The notes: a model not told the origin generated them from the sequence alone. A stretch of 64,000 nt of DNA from Candidatus Poribacteria bacterium (GCA_965198175.1 OZ240245.1:1088001-1152000), one strand, 5' to 3'. Positions 9,482 through 21,224 are shown, counted from the first letter of the stretch. Program-made: numbers and translations.

Positions 9482-11854
9482 TTAATTTAGTTTATCTTTT
9501 TGGACGAGAGGTTGGGCATCTTCCGAATCGTTTTCTGAAGCCTTCGTGAAGAAGTTATGTCCCCATTTCTTTAAACGAAGTGAGTTGGTAACAACAAAAA
9601 CAGAACTACACGCCATCGCCGCAGCAGAAAACATTGGATTGAGCAAGAACGATTCTGGATTCCCGATGTCCAACGATTTAACCACCAGATATAAGGCACC
9701 GGCGGCAATTGGAATCCCAAGTACGTTATAGAAAAATGCCCAGAAGAGATTCCACTGGATGGTTCGGAAGGTTTTGCGGCTGAGCTGAATCGCGGTTGCT
9801 ACACCCATCAGATCTTCTTTGAGCAACGTGATATCAGCGGTTTCGATGGCGACATCCGTGCCGGTGCTGATTGAAATCCCGACATCGGCTTGTGCTAGCG
9901 CGGGCGCATCATTGATGCCGTCACCGACCATCGCAACGTACTTGCCTGCTCTTTGCAACGTCTTGACGTGTTCGACCTTATCCTCAGGCAAAACCTCTGC
10001 GAAAAATTGATTAATGCCGGCGCGATGGGCAATCGCCCGTGCAGCGTTCTTGATGTCGCCCGTCAGCATAACTGTATCAAGCCCGAAATGGTGCAAAGCG
10101 TCCACAGCTTGCGCGGAAGTAGGCTTTAATGAATCCGCAATAGCAATGAGTCCAACAATTCGTCCGTCAATACCAACCCAGATTGGTGTTTTTCCTTCAT
10201 CGGAGAATTGCAATTCAATCTCAGAATCCTGCGCGCGTAGTTCCATCCCATTCTTCCCCATGAATCGGCGACTGCCAACAAAGATGTTTTGATTATTGAC
10301 AATTGCACGTACCCCATGACCGCTAATCGCTTCAAACTGTTGTATCTCCACCGCTCCGTCTTCCCCGAACGATTGAACCGGTATCCCGCGATCGCTACAG
10401 GCGCGGATAATCGCATCCGCTAGTGGGTGTTCTGATCGAGATTCTAGGACAGCAACAATTGACAACAGTTCTGATTCCTGACAATCTCCAAAGGTGATAA
10501 TATCCGTCACCGTTGGTGTGCCCTGCGTCAACGTTCCCGTTTTGTCGAACACAACCGTTGTAGTGCGATGCGCCATCTCTAGACTCTCACCGCTCTTGAT
10601 CAAGATGCCCAACTCCGCGCCGCGGCCCGTCCCAACAGCAATGGCTGTGGGCGTAGCTAAACCGAGTGAACATGGACACGCAATAATCATTACAGCGATG
10701 AAATTCTGCAGTGCCATCGTGAAACTGGGACCGAACGTCAACCACAAGATGAAAGTGACCGCTGCAATTCCAATGACAATCGGAACAAAAATCCCAGCGA
10801 TTACATCTGCTAACCGCTGAACAGGGGCTTTGGAGTTTTGCGCATCTTCAACGCGGCGGATAATCTGTGCCAACATGGTGTCAGCCCCAATCTTCGTTGC
10901 CTCAAAGATTAAACTGCCTGACCCGTTGATTGATCCGCCAATGACCCCGTCCCCAACTGTTTTGGGAACTAACATGCTTTCACCTGTCAGCATTGATTCA
11001 TCAACACCTGACTTTCCTTCGCAAACAACCCCGTCAACGGCAATTTTCTCTCCGGGGCGCATAACAACCCGATCTCCAATCTGAACCTGTTCAATTGCTA
11101 TCTCGATTTCACGTCCATCTCGTAGGACGTGTGCAATCTTTGGCTGAAGCCCGATTAGCTTTGTGATTGCTTCTGAAGTTCGCCCTTTCGCCTTAGCTTC
11201 AAGAAATTTACCAACGAGAATCAAGGTGATTATCATCGCTGCTGTTTCATAGTAGCTCACCGGACTCGGCTGTGGCGAAAAAAATGACATCACCGTCAGG
11301 GCAGCGCTGTAGATATACGCGGCTGAAGTCCCAACACTAATTAGCACATTCATATCCGCCGTAAAATGTCGCAACGCCGTGTAAGCCCCTTTGTGAAACT
11401 GCCATCCGCTCCAAAACTGGACCGGTGTTGTCAAAAAAAAGAGGAGGATGAGTTTCAGACGCACAGTGACGGGGGCGCTTGGATGATAAAACATTAGCGA
11501 CATGGCGATGGCAGAAACGAGCGCAGACGCGAAAATCTTCCATTTTAATTGAGACAGTTCGCGCCGATGTGCTTCGGTCTTTGCGGCGGATTGCACTCCT
11601 CGCGTTTGAGGAACAGCCATCGCGGTATATCCCGCATCGCGAACCGCCGACTTGAGTGTTTCAAAATCGGCAATCGATCCGTCGTATTCAACTGTCGCTT
11701 GTTCCGTGCCGAAGTTGACATTCGCGGTTGACACGCCCGGCACGGATCTCAGGGCTTTCTCGACCCGTGCCACACACGCGGCGCAGCTCATCCCGTTAAC
11801 AGCCATCGCCCGCCTTTGAAAGAATTCGCCCTCTGCTTCCATCTTGTTTTCCAA
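9482..11854 (-). CDS. copA: Cu(I)-translocating P1B-type ATPase
   Basis: GMSCAAC HMA domain, [26 protein letters not shown] and MxxSS motifs. Confidence 0.93.
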   Translation of the reverse strand: MENKMEAEGEFFQRRAMAVNGMSCAACVARVEKALRSVPGVSTANVNFGTEQATVEYDGSIADFETLKSAVRDAGYTAMAVPQTRGVQSAAKTEAHRRELSQLKWKIFASALVSAIAMSLMFYHPSAPVTVRLKLILLFFLTTPVQFWSGWQFHKGAYTALRHFTADMNVLISVGTSAAYIYSAALTVMSFFSPQPSPVSYYETAAMIITLILVGKFLEAKAKGRTSEAITKLIGLQPKIAHVLRDGREIEIAIEQVQIGDRVVMRPGEKIAVDGVVCEGKSGVDESMLTGESMLVPKTVGDGVIGGSINGSGSLIFEATKIGADTMLAQIIRRVEDAQNSKAPVQRLADVIAGIFVPIVIGIAAVTFILWLTFGPSFTMALQNFIAVMIIACPCSLGLATPTAIAVGTGRGAELGILIKSGESLEMAHRTTTVVFDKTGTLTQGTPTVTDIITFGDCQESELLSIVAVLESRSEHPLADAIIRACSDRGIPVQSFGEDGAVEIQQFEAISGHGVRAIVNNQNIFVGSRRFMGKNGMELRAQDSEIELQFSDEGKTPIWVGIDGRIVGLIAIADSLKPTSAQAVDALHHFGLDTVMLTGDIKNAARAIAHRAGINQFFAEVLPEDKVEHVKTLQRAGKYVAMVGDGINDAPALAQADVGISISTGTDVAIETADITLLKEDLMGVATAIQLSRKTFRTIQWNLFWAFFYNVLGIPIAAGALYLVVKSLDIGNPESFLLNPMFSAAAMACSSVFVVTNSLRLKKWGHNFFTKASENDSEDAQPLVQKDKLN

Positions 11855-11910
11855 AGCCCTCTATGTTTCTCCGTTTTCAGGTTGACTTCCCCGAAGAGAA
11901 ATCGTTTGAC

Positions 11911-12876
11911 TTACGTCAACGGCGCCGAAACGGCATCTAGTTTTTCGCGTACTGAATCATCGAGCGTCCACCCTAGAGCGCCAACATTCTCTGTAACCTG
12001 ATCCGTTGTGTCGCAGCCGATAATCGCAACTGTTATTTCCGGGTGCGAGAGCACCCACGCCAATGCCAATTGCGCCGGTGTCTTTTCCAACTCTCCTGCA
12101 AGTTGCTTGACGGACGGTATAACTACGTTGGCGACCTCTTGAATTCCGTATTCCAATCGTGGATGGTGGTTCTCCCACCGCGCTTCAGGTGGCGGTAGGG
12201 TACCCGATAGATTAACACCGCTGAGGAGCCCTACTCCTAGGGGACTGTAAACCATAACCCCCAGTCCCTCTTCGCGCACAAGCCCAAATATCTCACGCTC
12301 AAGGCTACGATTCAGCAGGCTATATTGGTTCTGGATGCACATATACGGTGTCGCATTGATTGTATCCGCAATCCATAGCGCCTTGCAGATCCGCCACGAC
12401 GCCTCATAATTGCAGCAGCCGATGTAACGGACTTTGCCAGCGCGAACCAGATCATCCAACGCGCGAATGGTCTCGGGAAGTGGTGTCGAGTCATCAAAAA
12501 CATGAACCAAATAGACGTCGATGTGATCTGTGTTCAGACGAGTGAGAGATCGGTCGACCTCGCGCATGATGTGATACCTAGACAACCCTACATCATTCGG
12601 CCCCGATCCAACTGAACTGGCTGCCTTCGTGGTTATTACGACATCGTCCCGTCTTCCCTGAAGGGCTTTACCTAGTACAGTTTCCGAATGGACAATGCTG
12701 TCCTGATCTGTTCCAACGCTATATACGTTCGCACAGTCGATGAAGTTGATTCCTAAATCGATTGCATGTTCAATGACCCTTTGGGCAGCGATTGGATCGG
12801 GTTGTCTTCTGAATCCGAGACCAAGAGCCAACGGACTGACTTTGACCCCTGCTTTGCCGAAGTTGACGTATTCCAC
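11911..12876 (-). CDS. Aldo/keto reductase
   Basis: GINFIDCANVY, DHIDVYLVH, GKVRYIG, QYSLL, TPAQLALAW; true start probably GTG 12876 (AAGGAG at 12885-12890), not 13110. Confidence 0.92.
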   Translation of the reverse strand: MEYVNFGKAGVKVSPLALGLGFRRQPDPIAAQRVIEHAIDLGINFIDCANVYSVGTDQDSIVHSETVLGKALQGRRDDVVITTKAASSVGSGPNDVGLSRYHIMREVDRSLTRLNTDHIDVYLVHVFDDSTPLPETIRALDDLVRAGKVRYIGCCNYEASWRICKALWIADTINATPYMCIQNQYSLLNRSLEREIFGLVREEGLGVMVYSPLGVGLLSGVNLSGTLPPPEARWENHHPRLEYGIQEVANVVIPSVKQLAGELEKTPAQLALAWVLSHPEITVAIIGCDTTDQVTENVGALGWTLDDSVREKLDAVSAPLT

Positions 12877-13304
12877 GACGATTGCTCCTTTGCAAGACGG
12901 TAACAACATTGGATTTGCCAATTTAGCCGAATCCGCATCGAAACAGACGACATGAAGCGAAGAGACACTACGATCAGAATACCACAAAGGCAGATGAAAA
13001 GTCAACGTTTTTCGACACTCGACAATGTGGCTCGAAACAGGAATGTCAAGGGTTTCGCTAATCTTTCCAGTGAGAGGAAGACATGACCGAATAAGCCCCA
13101 CCCGAATCAAACGGATGGGACTTATCCAAAAATTATATCACTCGCACAAGGTGGATGGTCGTTTTAGTGGGTATCTCTGTTGTTTGTCGGAGAATGTTCA
13201 GAAGGGTGTCGTAGCTGGGGCATTTTTGCAGCTGGTGAACTGTGTGGCGTTCACGGGTTGCTTTGGAATCGTGAGGAACGCACTCAAACGCGCTTGTTAG
13301 GTGT

Positions 13305-14018
13305 TCATGCGGGTTCGACGGAGTGCACTAGCAACTCCTGCAGGCGAGGCGGAAAGGTTTCATAAATCTCTCGCTTAACGAGAGGCCACGTCGTGGGCGG
13401 TCGATATAGGCACATAGGCGTGTAATATATATTCGCGAACATGCGATGCTGGTCGGTCGACGTGTTTGCGCCGGTTCGATGCCAGAGTCCGTTGTGGTAA
13501 ACAAATGCGGACCCCTTTTTACCGGTCACCGGGATTTCCTGCGGATAGCTGTCTCGGCTCGGTGCGCGTTGCGTATGATGACTGAAAGGCACAATTCGTG
13601 TTGCACCATTTTCTGGGGTGCCGTCCGTGAGCATCCAAAAGACCTGAAGCCCGTTCCAGGGCGGTATAGGAGAACCAGGTCCTGTGCGCAAGGCACCAGG
13701 TGTCGGCCAGTCGGCGTGTAGTCCTTGTTCTGGAGTTCCGGGCTTACACCATTTCATGGCGGCGTTATTTGCGATTATTAACCCTTCTCCAAGTACTGCC
13801 TCGGCGATGTCGAGAATTAGCGGGTGTATGCACAACTGGGCGAGTTCCGGAATATGGTTGAGCGAGCCCTCCAGACTGATGTAGGCGTTCCCCATCGAAT
13901 CCATTATCGTGCGTGCAAGACTATCCAAACGCTCTGCCTCTTCGGGTGACAATAGGTTTTCCAAGATGCAGTAGCCTTCGTCCGCCAATCGGCCTTTGAT
14001 TTCGTTGATTTCCATCAT
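13305..14018 (-). CDS. Phytanoyl-CoA dioxygenase (PhyH) family Fe/2OG oxygenase
   Basis: EGYCILENLL, LHADW (HxD), ENGATRIVPFSH, WHRTGAN..R. Confidence 0.9.
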   Translation of the reverse strand: MMEINEIKGRLADEGYCILENLLSPEEAERLDSLARTIMDSMGNAYISLEGSLNHIPELAQLCIHPLILDIAEAVLGEGLIIANNAAMKWCKPGTPEQGLHADWPTPGALRTGPGSPIPPWNGLQVFWMLTDGTPENGATRIVPFSHHTQRAPSRDSYPQEIPVTGKKGSAFVYHNGLWHRTGANTSTDQHRMFANIYYTPMCLYRPPTTWPLVKREIYETFPPRLQELLVHSVEPA

Positions 14019-14361
14019 ATTTCTCTCTAAAAAGGTTCTCCATTTAGAATTTCGTTAAACAGCTTTGACCACAGGAATATAACCACAAAGTATAGCACGA
14101 CTCCCTTAAAAGTCAAACAAAAAATAAGTACCAGGCTTGTTGAGGTGGCGATGTCGTGACTGTGGTCGGTCCGAAATCAAAAAGCCTTCTGTACACAACG
14201 TTTGGAAGATTGGGCGTGAATATGGTATAATGGAATCGAGAATGGAGCAATGCGTCTTCCTCACGGTCTGATACCAACCTTCTATTGAACTTGCGCCATC
14301 CTCATTCTGTTTGAAAAGAAGAAATCGATGTTAATATCTATTACCAGAAAGGAATAACAAA

Positions 14362-15243
14362 TTGGAAAAACTTATCATCACCGTCACGTGTGATTCCGAT
14401 CTATCGTATCCCGGCAACCCCTACGGTCCAAAACCTAGCGATACCAAGGGCGTTGCCGCGGAGTATGTGCGCTCTATCAATGCGGGAGCGGCTATCGCAC
14501 ACACACACGGCTCATATACCAGTGACCCGGAGATTCAACCAGATGGTCGAAAACTACAACTGCCCATCGTGGAAGGGTGGGTCGAGATTGTAGATGGAAT
14601 GCGGGCTGGCGGTAGCAACCCGATTGTGCAGCTTGGGCTAGCCAGTATGCGCCTGGAGCACAAGATAGAGCTTTGGGATACAATCAACGCTGACATGAGT
14701 GCGATTGCTTTTAACTCACACGACGAGTACTTTCATCCCGATCCAGCCTACCCCCCGAATGAGATATATGCGGTTCACCCCGTCTCGGAACTCAAAGAGT
14801 ACGCCCGTCTAGCAAACGAGCACAATGTCAAGCTGGAGATCGAAGCGTTCCATACCGGCGCCTTCTGGAATATCCAGAAACTGCGGGAGGATGAAGGACT
14901 TTTGCCCGATCCGCTCTGGGTTACGCTATTTATCAGTTGGCCCGGTGGTTCGTGGACACCGCCGAAGGCGGAAGCGATGCTTTACTTGGTAAACAATTTG
15001 CCGCCGCGAGTGAATTGGAACATGAGCTGTATGGATCCACCGGTCTACTGGCAAATCGTCAACCAGGCTATCCTACTCGGAGGAAATGTTCGCGTCGGTA
15101 TGGAGGACTGCCCCTATTTGGAAGACGGTACACTTGCAAAAACCAACGCGGCTCTGGTGGAGAAAGCGGTCCGCATGGCGCGTGAGATTGGAAGAGAAAT
15201 CGCCTCACCCGAAGAAGCGAGAGAGATTATCGGGATGTCTTAA
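14362..15243 (+). CDS. Beta-keto acid cleavage enzyme (BKACE / 3-keto-5-aminohexanoate cleavage, DUF849) family
   Basis: KLIITV, AGAAIAHTH, GGNVRVGMED, TNAALV, IASPEEAREIIG. Confidence 0.9.
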   Translation: MEKLIITVTCDSDLSYPGNPYGPKPSDTKGVAAEYVRSINAGAAIAHTHGSYTSDPEIQPDGRKLQLPIVEGWVEIVDGMRAGGSNPIVQLGLASMRLEHKIELWDTINADMSAIAFNSHDEYFHPDPAYPPNEIYAVHPVSELKEYARLANEHNVKLEIEAFHTGAFWNIQKLREDEGLLPDPLWVTLFISWPGGSWTPPKAEAMLYLVNNLPPRVNWNMSCMDPPVYWQIVNQAILLGGNVRVGMEDCPYLEDGTLAKTNAALVEKAVRMAREIGREIASPEEAREIIGMS

Positions 15244-15280
15244 GTGGGTGTGCGCACCGTGTAACTAAGCGCTGAAGACA

Positions 15281-15314
15281 AGGCAGGGAGCAAGGAGAGC
15301 TTGTTCCCATGCCT
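15281..15314. terminator. Hairpin between convergent genes
   Basis: aggca-gggagcaag gagag cttgttccc-a-tgcct inverted repeat. Confidence 0.5.
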
Positions 15315-15380
15315 CCGCGCGAAAACCCACCGATAAGCGAGTATCGCGGAAAAACAAATAAAATAGGTAAATACTTGGGT

Positions 15381-18300
15381 TTACTCTGAATCATTAAACC
15401 GTTCAGTCACACCGCTCGCGGTCAAACGAAGGTTGTTCGTTAGATAGATGGCATCCAACTGGGTCCTCGGCTCCCGTACGTAAATGCGGATTTCGTGTTT
15501 TCCTTTGGTGAGGTATAATGCGCCGACAGTTCGTATCGAATCGCGGTCTATCGCCGCCCCCCATCCCCACTGATTGAAACTTTTTGCATCGCAAGCGAGA
15601 AAGTTCGGCTCAACATCGGTTGCGACGAAGAAGGAATCGCTTTTTCCATCGTGAGAGAGTGTTCGCAGCCAAATCGCGTAGTCGTCATCGTCGGGAATGT
15701 CAATTTCGTATACCAACCAAGTTGACTGGTTATCATCGCGTAGCGCAGCAAGATATTCGCCGCCTGACGCGGCTTCATCGTTGCGCTTGACGAATACGTC
15801 TGGCCGTTTTTCACCGTCAAGCCGCGTAGAATTCTCTGCTTCCACAAAGTAAGAGAACGGTATGTCGGGCATCGGTACCTGCTCGTTTCCGATCAGATTT
15901 GTCATACCCATCCGTTCGAGGCTTGCTTGAATCTGATCGATTGTCAGGACGTTATATTTCGGACCGGGAAAGTTATTTGCGAGGGGTTTGTAGACGACCT
16001 CATCATCTACACAGAACCCAAGCAGTTTACCATCGTAGTCGACATACGCATCGCTGAGCGAAGATCCGCCCAACCCACCGATTTGGAATGAACTGATGTT
16101 TCCTCCATTGTCAACTTCAAGCGTGTGGACGCTTACGCCGCTGTTTACGGTAATTTGTGCATCGCGTCTTTGTCCAGATTGACCATGGGCGGTAATCTGC
16201 GCGATTGTAGGGTACGATCTCCCTGGGCGACCGTCCGCGGTTGTGTAGTCAAACGGCGCGTACTCCTTCAAGTCATCAACTGTTCCCATCTCGACAGGTC
16301 GCAGGTACTTCGCGCCTTCGACCTTTAGAACAGCTAGTCTTGCCTCTGAATCTCTAGCCATAACCTGAGCCGGCAAATAATCAGTAATCTTCGCCCGGAT
16401 GGACGTGGCATCAGCGACAATGTCGGGAACAAGCAGGTGCCCCGTTGAGTTTAGTATTACGCCCATGAATGTAACTCCTTCAGCTTCGGCAAGTAGATAG
16501 GACTTTCGGGCTTCAATCCGCTCGCTGCGAAATGTGGACCACTTGCGATTCATCTCATCGTTCCGTCTATCAGCTTTCGTCTCAGGAACGGCTTCCATAA
16601 GCGCTTTGAATGATGGCCTATCGCTGATTGCTGAGAACGCCCCCGGCATACGCTTTGCCTGCTTCGCTAGACGCCCACTCGGGTCATTTTCCATTGCCAT
16701 CTCAAACGCCTGCCAGCATTTTTCGGCGTTGTCCCGTTCGCCATAAAACGTGGCAAGGTCAAAGGCAGCATCGGCTAATCGGAATTCCGCTTCCGTTTTG
16801 GACTGGTTTGCCTCAACGAGCAGCACCAAGGCCCGGTCGTATAGCGCTAAGGCTTTTTCGCTATGGCTATCTTTATATAAACGAATAAGAGTCATAATGA
16901 GTTCAATGTCATTCGGTTGAATCTCAAAGGCTTGCTCATATTCTGTAATCGCCTTCTCGTGTTTGCCGCGTCTAAGGTGCACATCCGCCCGCAACTTGTG
17001 AAGTTTGGCGATGTTCGTCTTATCTGGTTCTCTTGGAATTTCGCCAAGCAGAGAAGAAATCACCGAGTCGAGCTCGATGCCGCCGCGCAGGTCGTTTTCG
17101 CGTACCAGCCCGTTCTTGTCAATGACCGTGTAGTGTGGAATGCCACCCACATTGAATTTGGCTTGTATCTCATCCGTCCCGCGGATGTTTATCCACGGCA
17201 TTTCATTGTTTGCGACGAACTTTGCGACTGTTTCGTCATTGACATCTGAACTGATACTGATGAGGGCGAAATTGGGATTATTCTTGTGCCTTTGATAAAG
17301 TGCTCTCAAGTCAGGCAGCTCGTGGATGCACGGTCCGCACCAGGTCGCCCAGAAGTCCAGCAAGACGACCTTGCCGCGAAAGTCCTTGAGTGAGACGGTT
17401 TTGCCGTTGATATCCTTCAGCGTAAAATCCGGCGCCGGTCTGCCCAATATCAATTCTGCGGCGAGGAGACGGAATTCGGCAGCCTTCTCCCACTCGTTCA
17501 TCATTGAGTAAAGCCTTGCCTTCTCCTCATACACTTGCTGAAGAGCCGCTGGGTCATCAATTTTGTCTAGCTCGGCGAGCGCCTCCTTGTATTTGCCATC
17601 CTGTTCAAAATAACCGATCTTAATTGACCGTATGTCAAACGCGTGTTTCGATTTGGGAAACGCCTTCAAGAACGCATCTAATTCAGTTTTGGCTTCCTCT
17701 TGCCTTCGGAGCCCTAATAGGCCTTGAATCTTATACATCCATGCCTCATCACGCTTGTCGCTTTCGGGATACATGCTGAGAAACCGTTTGCTGAGTTCAA
17801 ACCCTTTTTCACGCTGTTGCGTGAACTGTTCCATCATCGCCTCCCTTTCGGCATCGGTTGGCGTACTCTCAGAGGGGCTTGGCCTCCATAGCACAGCTTC
17901 CCTAGTCTGTAGCAGCAATTTTTCGTCGTCAAGCGCTTCGGCAATATGCATGATGCCGAGCGGCAGCACGAGACAGGCGACGGTCAGAATGCTTACGGAA
18001 ATCGCTGCTTTAGTCACCGGCTGCCGATTGCGGTCTGTCGCCAGAATGACTCGCAACCGCTTTTCAATCCACGAAGGCTGCGCCATAGCTACTGCAGCGC
18101 GTGCGGTAAATGCACGCGGCAGCGATTTCCGGGCAATCTCAAGTAGATGTTCGGCATAGTCTGTCGCCCGGTAACCGGCAGTAAGGACGTGGTCGTCGCA
18201 GGCGCGCTCACGCTCAAGGCGCATGCGGCGATCAGCCATCCAGACCAACGGGTTAAACCAATAGATGGCGCAGGAGATATGGGCGAGTGTCTGCGTTAGC

Positions 18301-19076
18301 CAATCCCACCGTTGGACGTGTGCGAGTTCATGCAGCAGCACGGCACGCTGTTGGTCTGTGGACCAGTTTTCCGCATCAGTGGGAATCAGCACTTTGGGAC
18401 GAATGATGCCCCAAGTCATCGGCATCTTCACCTCGCTCCGCAGGAGCGAAACGCGGCACTTCAAACCGAGTTTTTGTCGGAGTTCACTCATCAATGCTGC
18501 CAAGGTGCCATCGGTAACACGTTGACTTCGCTGTGCAATTCTCCAAATGCCGACCAACCCGGCAAACAGTGGAACGAGGACAATCAACATACCGATGAAC
18601 CAAGCAATTCCAATACAGGTCCAAAGCGCATGCATTGTCCACCATCCCGCGGCCTGTACATCGGAAGTATCGGATACTCCATGCCCCGTGTTCCGCAATC
18701 TAGCTGCTTCCCGGTTGGGGTCAATTTCAGAAACCGCTGGGTGTGGAGCGGCTGAACGATGTTCGGACAATGGTAGCTCTGAACTGTCCAGATTCCCCAC
18801 GAAACCGTGTGTTGCGCCAGTCAAGGTATGCATCTGTGGGACAACTGACAACCGCCAGCTTGGCAAAATCACAGAAATGACGGGCAGACAGAGACAACTG
18901 ATAACCGCCAGTAACCAGATTAGGTGGCGAAGCGCCGCAGAACTACGCCGCAACGCGAGATTCAACCCGGCAGCAAGTACGAGCACGACTAAGCCCTTTA
19001 CAGACGCAGTGAAAAACACTTCCAACCAACGAATCGAATGTTCAGAAGATCCGAAGAGCGAAATGAAAGACATCAT
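15381..19076 (-). CDS. BlaR1/MecR1-type M56 metallopeptidase sensor fused to TPR, TlpA-like thioredoxin, TPR, degenerate trypsin-like and CBM-like domains
   Basis: SAALRHLIW, HELAH (18318-18332), YWFNPLVW, ERERACDD, APDFTL..GKVVLLDFWATWCGPC (17328-17342); start placed at ATG 19076 behind AGGAGG. Confidence 0.88.
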   Translation of the reverse strand: MMSFISLFGSSEHSIRWLEVFFTASVKGLVVLVLAAGLNLALRRSSAALRHLIWLLAVISCLCLPVISVILPSWRLSVVPQMHTLTGATHGFVGNLDSSELPLSEHRSAAPHPAVSEIDPNREAARLRNTGHGVSDTSDVQAAGWWTMHALWTCIGIAWFIGMLIVLVPLFAGLVGIWRIAQRSQRVTDGTLAALMSELRQKLGLKCRVSLLRSEVKMPMTWGIIRPKVLIPTDAENWSTDQQRAVLLHELAHVQRWDWLTQTLAHISCAIYWFNPLVWMADRRMRLERERACDDHVLTAGYRATDYAEHLLEIARKSLPRAFTARAAVAMAQPSWIEKRLRVILATDRNRQPVTKAAISVSILTVACLVLPLGIMHIAEALDDEKLLLQTREAVLWRPSPSESTPTDAEREAMMEQFTQQREKGFELSKRFLSMYPESDKRDEAWMYKIQGLLGLRRQEEAKTELDAFLKAFPKSKHAFDIRSIKIGYFEQDGKYKEALAELDKIDDPAALQQVYEEKARLYSMMNEWEKAAEFRLLAAELILGRPAPDFTLKDINGKTVSLKDFRGKVVLLDFWATWCGPCIHELPDLRALYQRHKNNPNFALISISSDVNDETVAKFVANNEMPWINIRGTDEIQAKFNVGGIPHYTVIDKNGLVRENDLRGGIELDSVISSLLGEIPREPDKTNIAKLHKLRADVHLRRGKHEKAITEYEQAFEIQPNDIELIMTLIRLYKDSHSEKALALYDRALVLLVEANQSKTEAEFRLADAAFDLATFYGERDNAEKCWQAFEMAMENDPSGRLAKQAKRMPGAFSAISDRPSFKALMEAVPETKADRRNDEMNRKWSTFRSERIEARKSYLLAEAEGVTFMGVILNSTGHLLVPDIVADATSIRAKITDYLPAQVMARDSEARLAVLKVEGAKYLRPVEMGTVDDLKEYAPFDYTTADGRPGRSYPTIAQITAHGQSGQRRDAQITVNSGVSVHTLEVDNGGNISSFQIGGLGGSSLSDAYVDYDGKLLGFCVDDEVVYKPLANNFPGPKYNVLTIDQIQASLERMGMTNLIGNEQVPMPDIPFSYFVEAENSTRLDGEKRPDVFVKRNDEAASGGEYLAALRDDNQSTWLVYEIDIPDDDDYAIWLRTLSHDGKSDSFFVATDVEPNFLACDAKSFNQWGWGAAIDRDSIRTVGALYLTKGKHEIRIYVREPRTQLDAIYLTNNLRLTASGVTERFNDSE

Positions 19077-19307
19077 GGGGTTTTCCTCCTTAAAGTGTAT
19101 AATTCTGTGGAATTCAAAAGCCTGTTTGCATAATATGGGAATTTGAGTTGCTATATACCTGAAAGCTAAGAAAATTGGGAAAATCGGCAAATTGATGTTC
19201 GAGATGTACTTCAATGCAGATTGTGTTCCAAGATATGGATTTTCACATTGGCGCTGAAGGTCTTTCTTTTGACATCAAGACTGTCACAAATTAGAGAAAT
19301 TAGATTG

Positions 19308-20081
19308 TCATCTTCGCAGCGAGTTCTTTATCTCTCCCCAAGTCGTAGTCAGATTCCTTTCAGGGTTAACGCTCTGTGGTCGGTCGATATCTGGAATTTC
19401 TGGTCCCGTAATTGCTACGTCGTCAAGATGAACAAGCTGCTCAGTCTCCGCCACGAATTGCACGGTACCTGGCACGGCCGCTTCATCTTTATATCGGATT
19501 AAGAGATTGTCGTCGAGATAAAACTCAAAATTGCTCTCCTCCGCTACGATTTTAATTGGAATCCATTGATTTAGCTCGATAGGTGGTCTAAGATTTTCAA
19601 GCTCAACAAATTTACGGAAGATAGTACCTCCTATCATTCCTTCACGGTCACGCTTTGCATCTGGCGGGGTGGTTGTGATACTTACAGCGTTTAAGGGCGA
19701 AATAATCAGTATAGTTTGTTGAGCCATCTCATTAAAATGGCCCTTGCGCCTTCGAACAGAAATGCCAAATGTTGAGGGGATCTGTGGCACTTTTACAAAT
19801 TTAACTCGACACGTAAGTGTATAAGAATTCCAGTTTTCCGGGTTACCCGCTCTTAATTCCATAAACAGTACTTTAAAGTTTCCCACCGGGTTTTCATTTC
19901 TTCCGATTGTTGTATCTATGACTACATTTCCATTCTTGGCTTCAGCAGTAATTCTAGGCGGATTTCCGTAAAGGTGCCACCCATCAAGATTCCTATCATT
20001 AAAATCGTCTAATAGCGTACCTGCATACGCTACAATGACATACCATAAAGTAATCAGCAAGATTGCCACAAACCATTTCAT
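19308..20081 (-). CDS. Secreted hypothetical protein (concanavalin/DUF1080-like beta-sandwich) with TTWG C-terminal motif
   Basis: Signal peptide MKWFVAILLITLWYVIVAYA, DDFND..LDGW, HLDDVAITG, tail SVNPERNLTTTWGEIK. Confidence 0.7.
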   Translation of the reverse strand: MKWFVAILLITLWYVIVAYAGTLLDDFNDRNLDGWHLYGNPPRITAEAKNGNVVIDTTIGRNENPVGNFKVLFMELRAGNPENWNSYTLTCRVKFVKVPQIPSTFGISVRRRKGHFNEMAQQTILIISPLNAVSITTTPPDAKRDREGMIGGTIFRKFVELENLRPPIELNQWIPIKIVAEESNFEFYLDDNLLIRYKDEAAVPGTVQFVAETEQLVHLDDVAITGPEIPDIDRPQSVNPERNLTTTWGEIKNSLRR

Positions 20082-20350
20082 GGGAATAGCCTCCACATAA
20101 GAACATCGGTCTCTTACGTGTTGCTTACACTCTTGAATGACTAGCCAAATCTGTTCTGTTAAGTCAGGTCGGCGATTTGGTTACGGTACGGAGGCGAACG
20201 GCGTTTCCCGAAATATGGGATAGTACACTATTCCAACGGTACCCGTACAATCGTCTCCTAATTAGAGTCCTGCCAATCCAATATGCTGCCGTCCTTCGTT
20301 TCCTTACGGGTTGCATCATGCTGCGCGCCTGAGAGCATGAATGGATTGCA

Positions 20351-20749
20351 TCACGGTTCCCCTTCACTTTCCTTGGCTTGTTCGATGAGTGCCGCCAAAC
20401 GATTGGATTCCTCGTCGGACAATGCTGTGTCAGAGACGTTCAACAGCGCGGCAATAGTTTGCTCAATCGAATTGTCGAAAAAAGTCTGAAGCACTAATCC
20501 AAGTGCTGATTCACCGGCATTCTGACGCGGGTAAACCGGGGTGTAGATGAAACGTGCCCCCTTTTTTTCATGCCGAAGATGTCTCTTCTCTTCTAAAATT
20601 CTCATCATCGCCCGGACGGCTGAATAGGAAGGAGAATCTTCCAAGTCATTCAATACGTCTGCGACAGAAGCCCGACCTCTGCGGTAGACGATGTTCATAA
20701 TCTGTCGTTCGCGACGACTTAGGTCACGGGGTGGTTTGTTGATAGACAT
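20351..20749 (-). CDS. BlaI/MecI/CopY family transcriptional repressor
   Basis: LSRRERQIMNIVY, SYSAVRAMMRILEEK, RFIYTP, TFFDNS. Confidence 0.93.
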   Translation of the reverse strand: MSINKPPRDLSRRERQIMNIVYRRGRASVADVLNDLEDSPSYSAVRAMMRILEEKRHLRHEKKGARFIYTPVYPRQNAGESALGLVLQTFFDNSIEQTIAALLNVSDTALSDEESNRLAALIEQAKESEGEP

Positions 20750-20796
20750 ATTTCCTTTCCTTAAGATACTTTGAATTCGACATCCAAATAATCATT

Positions 20797-20975
20797 AATG
20801 CTAGAATTGTAGTATTCGTTAATACGGCGTGTCAAGTCAAAATGCTAAAATCCCTGCATTATTTTGCTAATTACTATACAATTTCGTTAATCTGGCGATA
20901 CCGTAAATGCTATGGGGAGGTATTCCTTTGATTGGATAAATTCACAAGATGGTGTTTAGGCGAGAGTTTCGAGAA
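20797..20975 (-). promoter_or_regulatory. blaI promoter with candidate operators (copy A of duplicated region)
   Basis: TTGACA (20830-20835)-18-TACAAT (20806-20811); TGCTA-N6-TAGTA at 20799-20814 overlaps the -10; second box at 20843-20858. Confidence 0.7.
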
Positions 20976-21224
20976 CGCATCAATTTATATCAGCACAATC
21001 AGCAAAGTCGAACTCTGGGGGATAGTGCGAGATGCGAACTATTCCGGCGTAATCTTCGGAAGGAGCTAAGATCGAAATTGTAGCGGTATGTCAAATGCAC
21101 CTGCAACGGAAATCTGACACAAAAACCAAAGCGAATTGACGCGGTACAAAGAAGGTAATTACGAATCTACAGCCGCAGAGCGGTAAAACTGGCTACTTAG
21201 GCGAGGTATCCGTCAATCTACGGT

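Noticed and set aside
12877..13110. N-terminal extension of the aldo/keto reductase in the ORF track
   Set aside because: Family similarity and the RBS both point to GTG 12876
19077..19214. N-terminal extension of the M56 ORF
   Set aside because: AGGAGG precedes ATG 19076; the upstream sequence looks intergenic
20100..20350. Possible c-di-GMP riboswitch between blaI and the next gene
   Set aside because: Only a loose GCAA..GAAA resemblance; the P2 and receptor pattern is absent
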